The notes: generated from the sequence alone by a model not told the origin. Positions 25,120-33,387 are shown, counted from the stretch's first letter. The stretch: DNA of 38,536 nt from an uncultured Verrucomicrobiota bacterium (GCA_964458525.1 CAYWJE010000002.1:1-38536), one strand, 5' to 3'. Numbers and translations are program-made.

Positions 25120-25521
25120 ATGGACAGCAATACCAGCGAAAACGAAGCTGCCACGGCGGCGGAGCCGGACGTGGACGAGGTTATGGCGGGCGAGAGCGTC
25201 GAGGCCAGCCCTGTTGAGCTTTCGCCCATTGACGGTTCTTCGAGGGCGCAGAAACCGAACGAGGCCTCGAACCTGAAACTGATTCTTGATCTGCCCGTGG
25301 ATATCCAGGCCGAACTCGGTCACAGCCAAATGTCAATCCGTGAGGTGCTCAAACTCGGGCAGGGATCAGTTATTCAGCTCGACCGTTCTGCCGGCAGCTC
25401 CGCGGACATCATTGTGAACGGCAAATTGATAGGTCAGGGCGACGTGGTTGTGGTGGATGAGAATTTCGGAATCAGGATCACGAAACTCATCAGCCCGGAA
25501 GAGCGGCTGGAATCACTTTGA
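25120..25521 (+). CDS. fliN: Flagellar motor switch protein FliN
   Basis: C-terminal SpoA domain LKLILDLPVDIQAELGHSQMSIREVLKLGQGSVIQLDRSAGSSADIIVNGKLIGQGDVVVVDENFGIRI. ATG 25120 has an AAAAGGA RBS; the TTG at 25093 is less likely. Confidence 0.9.
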   Translation: MDSNTSENEAATAAEPDVDEVMAGESVEASPVELSPIDGSSRAQKPNEASNLKLILDLPVDIQAELGHSQMSIREVLKLGQGSVIQLDRSAGSSADIIVNGKLIGQGDVVVVDENFGIRITKLISPEERLESL

Positions 25522-26214
25522 TTTGAACCGGTAGACAGTGCTCGGCCAGAAGTCCCACTTCACGCCCGCGAGAAAGGCCGCTCCATCAAGACTGCCCTTG
25601 AAAGGGCCGCTTATCGCGGCGTCCATCTGGTAGCGCGCCTCGAATGTTATCGCCAGCGAGCCCGTTCTGATCGGGTACACGTCTATTCCAGCCGCACCGT
25701 GGAAACCGAACGCAGAGCTGGTCTCGTCCCTTTCCTGGACGAGATAGCCCCCGTTCACGTACAGGTTTTCGCTTTCATTGCAGGAGATAAGCGCCGCGTT
25801 GACTCCCGCTCCAATCCACGGCACGAAATTTCCCTCATGTTTGTTATAGCGGAGCTTTCCCGTGATCCTGAGCCGCGTTACCGCCATGTTGATGTCGAGA
25901 CTGTTGTTCTCGTTGCCGGATCCGGGAGAATTGCGCTGGGTGCCGTCGGCCCTCATGTGCGATAGCGCCATGTCGAGATCGAAACAGCGGTTCATGGCTA
26001 TGACGAAGGCCGCACCGAACTCGGCGGCGCTGCCCATCTTCAATTTCATGTAGGTGTCGTGAGCATCCACATCCGCCGCGTTGTCCACGTACCCGCCATA
26101 GGCTCTCAATGAATAGTCGTGCCACGGCTCCTCGGCCAGCGCTGTCCTGGCGCACAGGAGCGCAACCGTCGCGCAAAATAACCCGACAAAAAGCAAGCTG
26201 AACGAATTTCGCAT
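25513..26214 (-). CDS. Outer-membrane beta-barrel protein (small OMP/OmpW-opacity-like)
   Basis: Signal peptide MRNSFSLLFVGLFCATVALLCARTALA. Alternating hydrophobic beta-strand pattern with aromatic girdle residues. Near-C-terminal strand VKWDFW...VYRF. AAAGGA RBS. Confidence 0.65.
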   Translation of the reverse strand: MRNSFSLLFVGLFCATVALLCARTALAEEPWHDYSLRAYGGYVDNAADVDAHDTYMKLKMGSAAEFGAAFVIAMNRCFDLDMALSHMRADGTQRNSPGSGNENNSLDINMAVTRLRITGKLRYNKHEGNFVPWIGAGVNAALISCNESENLYVNGGYLVQERDETSSAFGFHGAAGIDVYPIRTGSLAITFEARYQMDAAISGPFKGSLDGAAFLAGVKWDFWPSTVYRFKSK

Positions 26215-26232
26215 GGCATTCCTTTCTTTGTT

Positions 26233-26646
26233 CTAATCTGAAGTGACGCTGCCCGTGACATTGGTGGGAACCACTATGACATTCGTTGTGTGGGTGACCA
26301 TTGCCTCCGCAATCCAGTTGTTGGCGTCCTGGAGATGAATAATATTCGCGCCGGGCCTCACCCCGATGCGGTTATACACGACGTTGACCGCGGTGCTGGT
26401 ATCAAGTGTTCCAAGCGACTCGTCGTGCACGCTCCACGAATACGGGCCGGTTCCCCCAACGGCGGTGAACGTGACGTAAATTTCGCCGTAATCGAGCGTT
26501 GCGGACGCAGGGCTTATGGCCAGGGCTGATATGTCGCCGGCCTCGTTGTATGAGCGCCCATCCTCGTTGTCCTCGCAGCCGGCCTGGACGAGCACCAGGG
26601 CAAGAAACACGGCCATCCTTGACACCATAATAAAACTCTTCTTCAT
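26233..26646 (-). CDS. Lipoprotein with an Ig-like domain
   Basis: Start at the internal ATG (MKKSFIMVSRMAVFLALVLVQAGC) with lipobox LVQAG-C and an AAGGGAG RBS. Ig-like segment ISPASATLDYGEIYVTFTAVGGTGPYSWSV. It lies 18 nt upstream of the OMP gene. Confidence 0.6.
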   Translation of the reverse strand: MKKSFIMVSRMAVFLALVLVQAGCEDNEDGRSYNEAGDISALAISPASATLDYGEIYVTFTAVGGTGPYSWSVHDESLGTLDTSTAVNVVYNRIGVRPGANIIHLQDANNWIAEAMVTHTTNVIVVPTNVTGSVTSD

Positions 26647-26789
26647 AGCCGCTCCCTTCCGCGCAAAACAATCAGCGCTGTACACCAACCTCCAACACGG
26701 GCTTGCCCGCAACCCGATATTCGTTACCCGCTGGAGACGGCTGTCCTCAGCCGTTTATCCGAACGGCGGAGACCGCCGTCTCCATTTTC

Positions 26790-26948
26790 GTACCCGTTCA
26801 CGGTTAACGGTTCATTCTGTGTAAGAACATACACCTGTTTTGTCAGTCTCCGACCAAGTTGCCACGCTTCAATATCTTCAAAACGCTCAATTTTAATTGT
26901 AATATCCCTCTTCTCTGCAACTATGAACCGTGAACCGTGAACGGGTAC
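26790..26948. mobile_element. MITE-like element: 159 bp, 26-bp terminal inverted repeats, 8-bp direct target-site duplication
   Basis: Left arm GTACCCGTTCACGGTTAACGGTTCAT (26790-26815). Right arm ATGAACCGTGAACCGTGAACGGGTAC (26923-26948). The arms are complementary at 25/26 positions. Both ends are flanked by CCATTTTC (26782-26789 and 26949-26956). The interior is AT-rich and non-coding. Confidence 0.65.
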
Positions 26949-26971
26949 CCATTTTCCAGGTTAACAGCACA

Positions 26972-26986
26972 CCGCATGCCATGCGG
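26972..26986 (-). terminator. Weak hairpin immediately after the giant-gene stop codon
   Basis: CCGCATG-C-CATGCGG palindrome abuts stop codon TAG (complement of 26987-26989). On the - strand it is followed by UGUGCUGUU, which is only a weak U-tract. Confidence 0.25.
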
Positions 26987-29900
26987 CTAGATCCTGGTAA
27001 TACTGGCGCTTATTCCTGACGAATTTGATACTGTTCCAGTGGTGTCAGTAAACGCCTCAATGGTGAACGGGTTCTTGTAAGACCCGCCTTCCCTGTAGAT
27101 CGAGAACGTTACCGTCGTGTCCGAAGAAGAGGTCCAGTTTCCCGTGAATGACCTGCTCGATGAATCGGTGCCGCTCACGGTTCCGTCGGCATTGATATTG
27201 AATATCTCGTCCGCCGAAGTTTTCCATGAACCGACTGCTGCGTGCGTTGAGGGGTCGTCAGGATCCGGCTTGCACCTGTGCCACGTGCCGAGGCCTATCG
27301 GCAGTACCCCCGACCAGCCCCATGATTTCATGAGCGCCAGTTCACCGTCGAGCGAAATAATATACCAGTTTCCGGTGTAGATGTCGAACACCGAGATATC
27401 ACTGATGCCGTTCCCTGTGTAATCGCCCGCCACTGGCACAGCATCCTTGACGCCCCACGCAAGAGCCCATGTGATGAGGGTTCCATCCAGGGAGATGATA
27501 TACCAGGAGCTTGTGTTCTCATCGAACACCGTGATATCTGTCTTCCCGTCCCCGTTGAAGTCGCCGGATACCGGCGCGGCCCCGGGCCAGCCCCAGGGGA
27601 ATTCCCAGGCCAGCAGCCGCCCGTCAAGCGACATGATGTACCAGTAGCCGGTGTTGCTGTCGAACACGGCGAGGTCGCTCATCCCGTCGCCGTCGAAATC
27701 GCCGGGCACGGGCTCTGCGCCGGGCCAGCCCCAAGCCACGGGACCTACGATGAACGAGCCGCTCAGGGAGCTGATATACCAGTAGCCGCTGCCGCTGTCG
27801 AAGACAGCCAGATCGGCCCTGCCATCCCCGTCATAGTCGCCGGGCACGGGCTCTGCGCCGGGCCAGCCCCAGGGATACTGCCATGCAATGAGCGCGCCTT
27901 CGGCGGAGCAGATGTACCAGTACCCGTTGCTCCCGTCGAACATGGCGAGGTCGCTCTTCCCGTCGCCGAGGTAATCGCCCGGAACGGGAATGGCGCTGGA
28001 CCAGCCCCATTGCAGCTGCAAGATCTCCTCGTCCAGGTTGCTCACGAACCAGTACCCGCTGCTCCCGTCGAACACGGCGAGGTCGCTCTTCCCGTCCCCG
28101 TCATAGTCATTGATAACATAAGGCGCCCTGCTGTAGCCCGTGTCGGGAACGCTGAAAGCACCTGGGCCGACCTGGTTGGTTGATCTGATCCAGTAGTAAT
28201 AAAGCAGGCCTCGAACTGCATTCGTGTCGGTGAATGATGTTGTCCCTGTCTCTCCTATGCTGTCGGCTGCGGCGGATGAGTTCGTCGTGTTCCGCCACAC
28301 CTGATATCCTATTATGTCGGGCACGGAAGCCCATGTTATTTCAACCTTGTTGGTGTATTCCCCGTCAGTCGCCGACACCCAGGAGGGCGGGTCAGCCGGC
28401 GAGCTGCTGAAGCCGATATCGTAGAGCCCGAAGGAGCTCGCGCCTGCCGAATTGGTCGCCTTGACCCAGTAGTAATACACCATGTCCCGTTCCGTAGTGG
28501 TATCGTCGTAACTCGTGCCTGACGCGAACGCAAGCTGTTTGGCCGATGCCACCGTTTCATTTGTATGCCGCCACACCTGATACCCGTGTGCGTTGGATAC
28601 CGAACCCCAGGCCAGGACGACCTTGGAGGTGAAGGTTCCCTTGGAGGCGGACACATAGGAGGGTGGATCGGGAATAGTGTCAGCCACGCTGTAGCCGAAA
28701 ACGGAAGCGCTGAAGTCGCTTGTGTTTAATGAATTGGTTGACTTGACCCAGTAAAAATAGACAACGCGCGACGTCACGGACGAATCATCATAATAAGTCT
28801 CCGTTGTCCTCGTTATTCTCGATGCGGCGGATGATTCGTCATTCGTGCTCCGCCACAATCCATACCCCTCCGCCCCGGGCGAGGAATTCCAGCGCACCTG
28901 CACCTTGTCGCGATAGATGCCCTCAGTGGCGGACAGACCGGATGGCGGGCTCAATGCCCGGTATCCGGAGGCGGCCGCGCTGACCTCGCTCGAGCCGTAG
29001 CTGTCCTTCGCCTTTATCCAGTAGTAATACTTCAAGCCGGCGGATACGGATGAATCGCCATGGTTCGTGGTGATGACGGTGTTAATTTTACCGGCAAGCG
29101 CGGCGTTCGTGGTTGTGCCGCGCCACACTTCGTAGCTGGTGGACCCGCTGTGAGGATTGACGGACTGCCATTCCACCTGCACGTTGTTTATATAGAGTCC
29201 GTCGGTAGCGGAGACGCCGGACGGCGGCGGGACGGCGAGGCAGCCGATCGTTGAAGCGCTGAAGTCACCCGTGCCGTCGGCGTTCTTCGCCCTTATCCAG
29301 TAATAGTACAGTGGCTCACGCTCTGCGGTTGTGTCGCTGTAAGACGTTCCGGAGCTGACCGACCCCAGGAGCGCTGCTGTTGACGTGTCATTTGAAGTGC
29401 TCCTGTGCACCTCGTATCCTGTCGCACGGTGCGCGGAGCTCCAGGTTATTCCGACGATATTGGTGCTGATGCCTTTATCCGCCGATACTTCCGTGGGAGC
29501 GGCGGGAACGGCGGGCAGAGACGGATCGCGGCTTGAATTCTCGTTGTTGTTGCGCGCCTTCGGCCAGGGTGTGTTCGCGAGCGTCCCGCCGGTTCCATAA
29601 TACGCGCAGAGCATTCCCTCCGCGCCGGAGGAGATGCTCACGTAAACAATCCCGTTCGTTCCTATCGCGGGCGAAGAGTAAATTGCGCCAGGCGCCGACC
29701 ATAACCTGTTCGTTGTGCCGTTGGCGTTCAACGCGTAGAACTTGCCGCCCTCTGCTCCGGCATAGATTGTCCCGTCGGATCCGATGGCGGGCGAGGCCCT
29801 CACGGGTCCATCGAGCGCCCATACCCGGCTGGTCGTTCCGCTCTGGTTGAAGGCATAGAGGCAGGAATTCTCGCAGCCGACGTAGATAATGCCGTCGATT

Positions 29901-32548
29901 CCTACGACCGGGCTAGATGCGAGCGAATAGCCGCTCGGAACTGTCCAGACGCGGGACGTGGTGCCGTCCGGATTGAACGCATAGAGCGATCCGGCCTGCG
30001 ATGGGATGAGGATTGTGCCGTTGGCGTTGATCGCGGCGGAGGCGCTGAAAGCGCCGTCGGCGATCGTCCACACGTGCGAAGTGGCGCCGGACGGCGTGAA
30101 GGCGTAAAGAGTGGAACCGCGCGCGGAATAGATCGTGCCGTCCGCTCCTATGGTCGGGGAGCGCTCCGAGCCGCCGTTGGAAAAGATGATATTTGTTTGG
30201 CCATTGGGATTGAATGCATACAGCTTGCCGTCGTAAGATCCGGCATAGAGCACCCCATTGGAGCCGATGGCGGGAGGCGCGAAAATCGCTCCGGTAGCAG
30301 ACCACACTTTGCTCGTGGTTCCATTCGGGTTCAGGGCGAAAAGCCTGTTGCTCCAGGCGCCGGGCACGTATATGGTTCCATTGCTCCCAACCGCCGCCGC
30401 GCTTCCAACGGCGCCGCCCATGCTCCACGCACGATTCGTGGTTCCCCCGGGATCGAATTCGTAAAAGGACGATCCCGATTCGCCCGCGCCCATGTACAAA
30501 ACGCCGTTGGTCCCTATAGCGGGAGCGCCAACCCCGTAGACCACCTTCCACACGTGTGACGTGGTCCCGCCAAACGATCCCGCGCTGCACGCGCTGAACA
30601 GCATGCCCGTGTAGGTGCCAAGCACTGACTTAACCCAGTAATAGTAGATATTCCCGCTCTCCCCGCTCAGATCGTCGAGAATGAGACTACTGGTATATCC
30701 TATCTGGGCTGAGCCGGCGGAGTTGCTGACCGTGCTCCTGAAAACCGCGTATGCACCGGCATCCGTTACTTTGAGCCATGTTATGCGCACCTTGTCGGCA
30801 TAGTCGCCCCAACTTGCATTCATCCCCGATGGTGGAGCAAGATCGCGATAGCCGGACGCTGAGGGCTTACTGAAGCCACTGCTTCCCGAGGCGTTCGTCG
30901 CGCTAATCCAGTAATAGCAAGTCTCCCCCAGTCCGGGGTCGGTATCGGAATACATATTGGTGGCCACAAGCTCCATATTGATCTTCTCAGAGCCTGAGAA
31001 ATCATCAATAGTGTTTCGCCACACATTGTATCCTGAGGCATTGGTGGATTCCGACCAGGATACGAGTATCCTGTTGAAATAGTCGCCATCGCTCGCGACT
31101 GCATTGGCAGGGGCGAGCGGCGCGGCTATGACTGCCTTGTAGCCGTAGTCCGGCGCCCCGAACCGGCTTTTCCATGCCTCGTTGGTGCCTCGGATCCAGT
31201 AATAATAGGTCGTCCCAGCCTCGGCTGTGGCGTCCTCAAAGGAGGTATCCGCGGTATCGTCGATATTTTCCGCAGAAGAAGTGTCGTTGCTGAGGTTTCG
31301 CCACACCTCATAGCCGGTGGTCCCTCCAAGGTCGATCGGGGCATTCCAGGTGATCAGCACCTTGTCCGTATGCGTGCCTTCCGAACAGGCGGTGTTCGTG
31401 GGACCCGAGAACATGAAACCAGTGTTCTCTATGTTCTGCCGGAATTTGGGCCATGGCGATTCAGCCAGCTTGCCGCCCGTTCCGTCGAACGCATATACAT
31501 TGCCGTCGGACGAGCCGACGTATATCGCGCCGTTCGATGATATTGCGGGGGATGAGAGAATGAGGCCCTCCGTATGCCAGACTAAATCAGTGGTTCCGTC
31601 CGGATTGAATGCGAAGAAATAACCCTCTCTCGTGCCGGCATAGATAGTGCCGTCTGCGCCCAGCACGGGCGCCGACTCCACCGGTCCGGTCGTGCTCCAG
31701 AACCTGGAATTGGTGCTGTCCGCGCTGAATTCATAAAGCTTGTTATCAAAGGAGCCCACATAGATCGAGCCGTTCGTGCTGATGACTGGAGACGAATGAA
31801 TCGCGCCAGCCGTTGTCCACACCCGCGAAGTCGAGCCGTTGGGGTCGAATGCGTAAAGATTGCCGTCGCTGGAGCCTATGAAGATCAGTCCGTTCGTGCC
31901 GATCGCCGGTGACGACCGGATCGCGCCGCCCGTGGTCCATACCCGGCTGGTCGCCCCGTTCTGGTTGAAAGCATAAAATTTACCGTCCCCGGATCCGACG
32001 TAGATGGTGCCATCGGGTGAGAGAGCCGGCGATGACTGGATCTCTCCAAATGTGCTCCAGACCCGCGCTGTGGTTCCGTCGGGATTGAAACAGTAGAGCT
32101 TGCGGTCCTCGGATCCCACGTAGATCCTGCCTGCAGAACCCTCGACGGCAGGGGAAGACATGAATATTCTGTCCTCCGCAGTCCACACGTGGCCAGTTGA
32201 GCCGTCGGGATTGAAAGCGTAAAGCTGATTGTCGCTGGATCCGACATAAATCGTGCCGTCCCGCCCTATCGCCGGCGAGGAATAGATCAGCCCGCCTGCG
32301 TTCCACACCGTGTTTGTGGTGCCATCAAGGTTGAGCGAAAGCAGTTCGCCATTGTCATTTCCAACAATAATCGAACCGTCAGCCGCTATGGCTGGAGAGG
32401 AACGCACCTCGGCCGACGTCTCCCATACGAGCGACGTCACTCCGTCATCCCAGCCAAAAGCCCTAACGCTGACCGCCATTAGTGCTATACAGACAAGTTT
32501 CTGCAATGTTCCTGCAAGCGGAACCAGCGCTAAAACGGCTGACGACAT
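26987..32548 (-). CDS. Giant secreted multi-domain protein: 2 x 8-bladed PQQ-like beta-propeller, ~8 FN3-like modules, 6 FG-GAP/VCBS Ca-binding repeats, ~100-aa unknown C-terminal domain
   Basis: Signal peptide (MSSAVLALVPLAGTLQKLVCIALMAVSVRAFG). Two sets of eight ~40-aa blades (SSPAIG.DGTIYVGS.D..LYAFNPDG.T..VW), each ending PWPK.R.N.EN. Repeats of ~93 aa with GY.VWR...YYYW(I/V)(K/R). Six GD(Y/F)DGDG(K/R)(S/A)DLAVFD..(S/T)GYWYI units. The ORF opens at TTG 32569; the first ATG is at 32548. Confidence 0.85.
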   Translation of the reverse strand: MSSAVLALVPLAGTLQKLVCIALMAVSVRAFGWDDGVTSLVWETSAEVRSSPAIAADGSIIVGNDNGELLSLNLDGTTNTVWNAGGLIYSSPAIGRDGTIYVGSSDNQLYAFNPDGSTGHVWTAEDRIFMSSPAVEGSAGRIYVGSEDRKLYCFNPDGTTARVWSTFGEIQSSPALSPDGTIYVGSGDGKFYAFNQNGATSRVWTTGGAIRSSPAIGTNGLIFIGSSDGNLYAFDPNGSTSRVWTTAGAIHSSPVISTNGSIYVGSFDNKLYEFSADSTNSRFWSTTGPVESAPVLGADGTIYAGTREGYFFAFNPDGTTDLVWHTEGLILSSPAISSNGAIYVGSSDGNVYAFDGTGGKLAESPWPKFRQNIENTGFMFSGPTNTACSEGTHTDKVLITWNAPIDLGGTTGYEVWRNLSNDTSSAENIDDTADTSFEDATAEAGTTYYYWIRGTNEAWKSRFGAPDYGYKAVIAAPLAPANAVASDGDYFNRILVSWSESTNASGYNVWRNTIDDFSGSEKINMELVATNMYSDTDPGLGETCYYWISATNASGSSGFSKPSASGYRDLAPPSGMNASWGDYADKVRITWLKVTDAGAYAVFRSTVSNSAGSAQIGYTSSLILDDLSGESGNIYYYWVKSVLGTYTGMLFSACSAGSFGGTTSHVWKVVYGVGAPAIGTNGVLYMGAGESGSSFYEFDPGGTTNRAWSMGGAVGSAAAVGSNGTIYVPGAWSNRLFALNPNGTTSKVWSATGAIFAPPAIGSNGVLYAGSYDGKLYAFNPNGQTNIIFSNGGSERSPTIGADGTIYSARGSTLYAFTPSGATSHVWTIADGAFSASAAINANGTILIPSQAGSLYAFNPDGTTSRVWTVPSGYSLASSPVVGIDGIIYVGCENSCLYAFNQSGTTSRVWALDGPVRASPAIGSDGTIYAGAEGGKFYALNANGTTNRLWSAPGAIYSSPAIGTNGIVYVSISSGAEGMLCAYYGTGGTLANTPWPKARNNNENSSRDPSLPAVPAAPTEVSADKGISTNIVGITWSSAHRATGYEVHRSTSNDTSTAALLGSVSSGTSYSDTTAEREPLYYYWIRAKNADGTGDFSASTIGCLAVPPPSGVSATDGLYINNVQVEWQSVNPHSGSTSYEVWRGTTTNAALAGKINTVITTNHGDSSVSAGLKYYYWIKAKDSYGSSEVSAAASGYRALSPPSGLSATEGIYRDKVQVRWNSSPGAEGYGLWRSTNDESSAASRITRTTETYYDDSSVTSRVVYFYWVKSTNSLNTSDFSASVFGYSVADTIPDPPSYVSASKGTFTSKVVLAWGSVSNAHGYQVWRHTNETVASAKQLAFASGTSYDDTTTERDMVYYYWVKATNSAGASSFGLYDIGFSSSPADPPSWVSATDGEYTNKVEITWASVPDIIGYQVWRNTTNSSAAADSIGETGTTSFTDTNAVRGLLYYYWIRSTNQVGPGAFSVPDTGYSRAPYVINDYDGDGKSDLAVFDGSSGYWFVSNLDEEILQLQWGWSSAIPVPGDYLGDGKSDLAMFDGSNGYWYICSAEGALIAWQYPWGWPGAEPVPGDYDGDGRADLAVFDSGSGYWYISSLSGSFIVGPVAWGWPGAEPVPGDFDGDGMSDLAVFDSNTGYWYIMSLDGRLLAWEFPWGWPGAAPVSGDFNGDGKTDITVFDENTSSWYIISLDGTLITWALAWGVKDAVPVAGDYTGNGISDISVFDIYTGNWYIISLDGELALMKSWGWSGVLPIGLGTWHRCKPDPDDPSTHAAVGSWKTSADEIFNINADGTVSGTDSSSRSFTGNWTSSSDTTVTFSIYREGGSYKNPFTIEAFTDTTGTVSNSSGISASITRI

Positions 32549-32774
32549 CCTTTGATACGCTTTACTCAAATTTATGCCCGCCTGCTTGTTTTAGCCGTAA
32601 TCTGGAACCTGAATCCTGCACGAGTCCGTGCAATATCCAGATCATAGAATAATACACCATTTTTCCGTTTCTGTCGCCTTTTTTTTCGTCCGAATGGGTG
32701 TGAAGCAAATTTGTTGATTCCTTTATAAAGCTCTAATAAAACCTGCGCGGACGACGTGGAAGTCGGCCCTCCAG

Positions 32775-32975
32775 TGCGTGTTGCCCAAATCGAGATTCCT
32801 CGACTTTGCTCGGAATGACACACTTGACACCCTCGCTTTTCCTAAGAAATTGTCATGCTGAGACTGCGAAGCATCTCGCCGAAGGCGCGTTTTCGATTTG
32901 GGCAACAGCCCCTCCAGTTCTGAACACAGAGGCTTTGCGTTAAACCTGGAGGGTCGGGTACACCCCGACCGGATT
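32775..32975. repeat. Cluster of nested inverted repeats (family B palindromes) in a non-coding gap
   Basis: GTTGCCCAAATCGA (about 32780) and TCGATTTGGGCAAC (about 32893) are a 14-bp inverted pair. Inside are two inverted copies of a ~28-bp module (GAGATTCCTCGACTTTGCTCGGAATGACA and TGTCATGCTGAGACTGCGAAGCATCTC). CCCTCCAG/CCTGGAGGG and GGGTACACCCCGACC hairpins lie further on. Confidence 0.5.
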
Positions 32976-33026
32976 GACGCAGGGTTTTGCAAGAGCCTCC
33001 TATGTTTGTTTAAAGTTGTTTTCCTG

Positions 33027-33047
33027 AACCCGTGACGGGTTTTTATT
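33027..33047 (+). terminator. Rho-independent-terminator-like hairpin, + strand orientation, with no upstream + strand CDS
   Basis: AACCCG-TGA-CGGGTT followed by TTTTATT. The T-run is only on the + strand. Confidence 0.4.
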
Positions 33048-33085
33048 AAAACAGTGTCATCATCAACTATATCACATCATCTGTA

Positions 33086-33249
33086 ACTGCTCAGGTATGC
33101 CCCGAACAGGCTGCAAATACGCGCTCTTTGCGCCAGGATAAAATCCTGGCCTACATTTTCCCATGCTGTAGGCCACCATTGTCCGCCACCCGCCTGCGCT
33201 TGCGACGCAGGCTGTCGGATCTTTGATATGGTGGCGATACCTGAGCAGT
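33086..33249. other. Multi-hairpin structured element (candidate ncRNA or second MITE), unclassified
   Basis: 13-bp closing pair ACTGCTCAGGTAT / ATACCTGAGCAGT encloses hairpins GCCAGGAT-ATCCTGGC, GCCTACA-N11-TGTAGGC and GCCACCAT...ATGGTGGC. The last itself contains GCCTGCG-N7-CGCAGGC. No known riboswitch or RNA family was recognised by eye. Confidence 0.35.
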
Positions 33250-33387
33250 AAGCATTTATTGTTGTTAAGAGCGCCCTGTGGGCAGGTTATGCTGTCCGTA
33301 ATATGGCATTCAAGCAATCCAGAGAAGAACCTGAGTTGTCACCTATTAAGTTAGCATTCCTTATGCCACGCAGAGGGGCAATAACTA

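Noticed and set aside
26713-26789. Hairpins ACGGCTGTCCTCAGCCGT and ACGGCGGAGACCGCCGT, read as terminators for the - strand genes
   Set aside because: Their only T-rich trailing sequence is on the + strand, where there is no gene. On the - strand they lie upstream of the lipoprotein gene, so they are not called as terminators.
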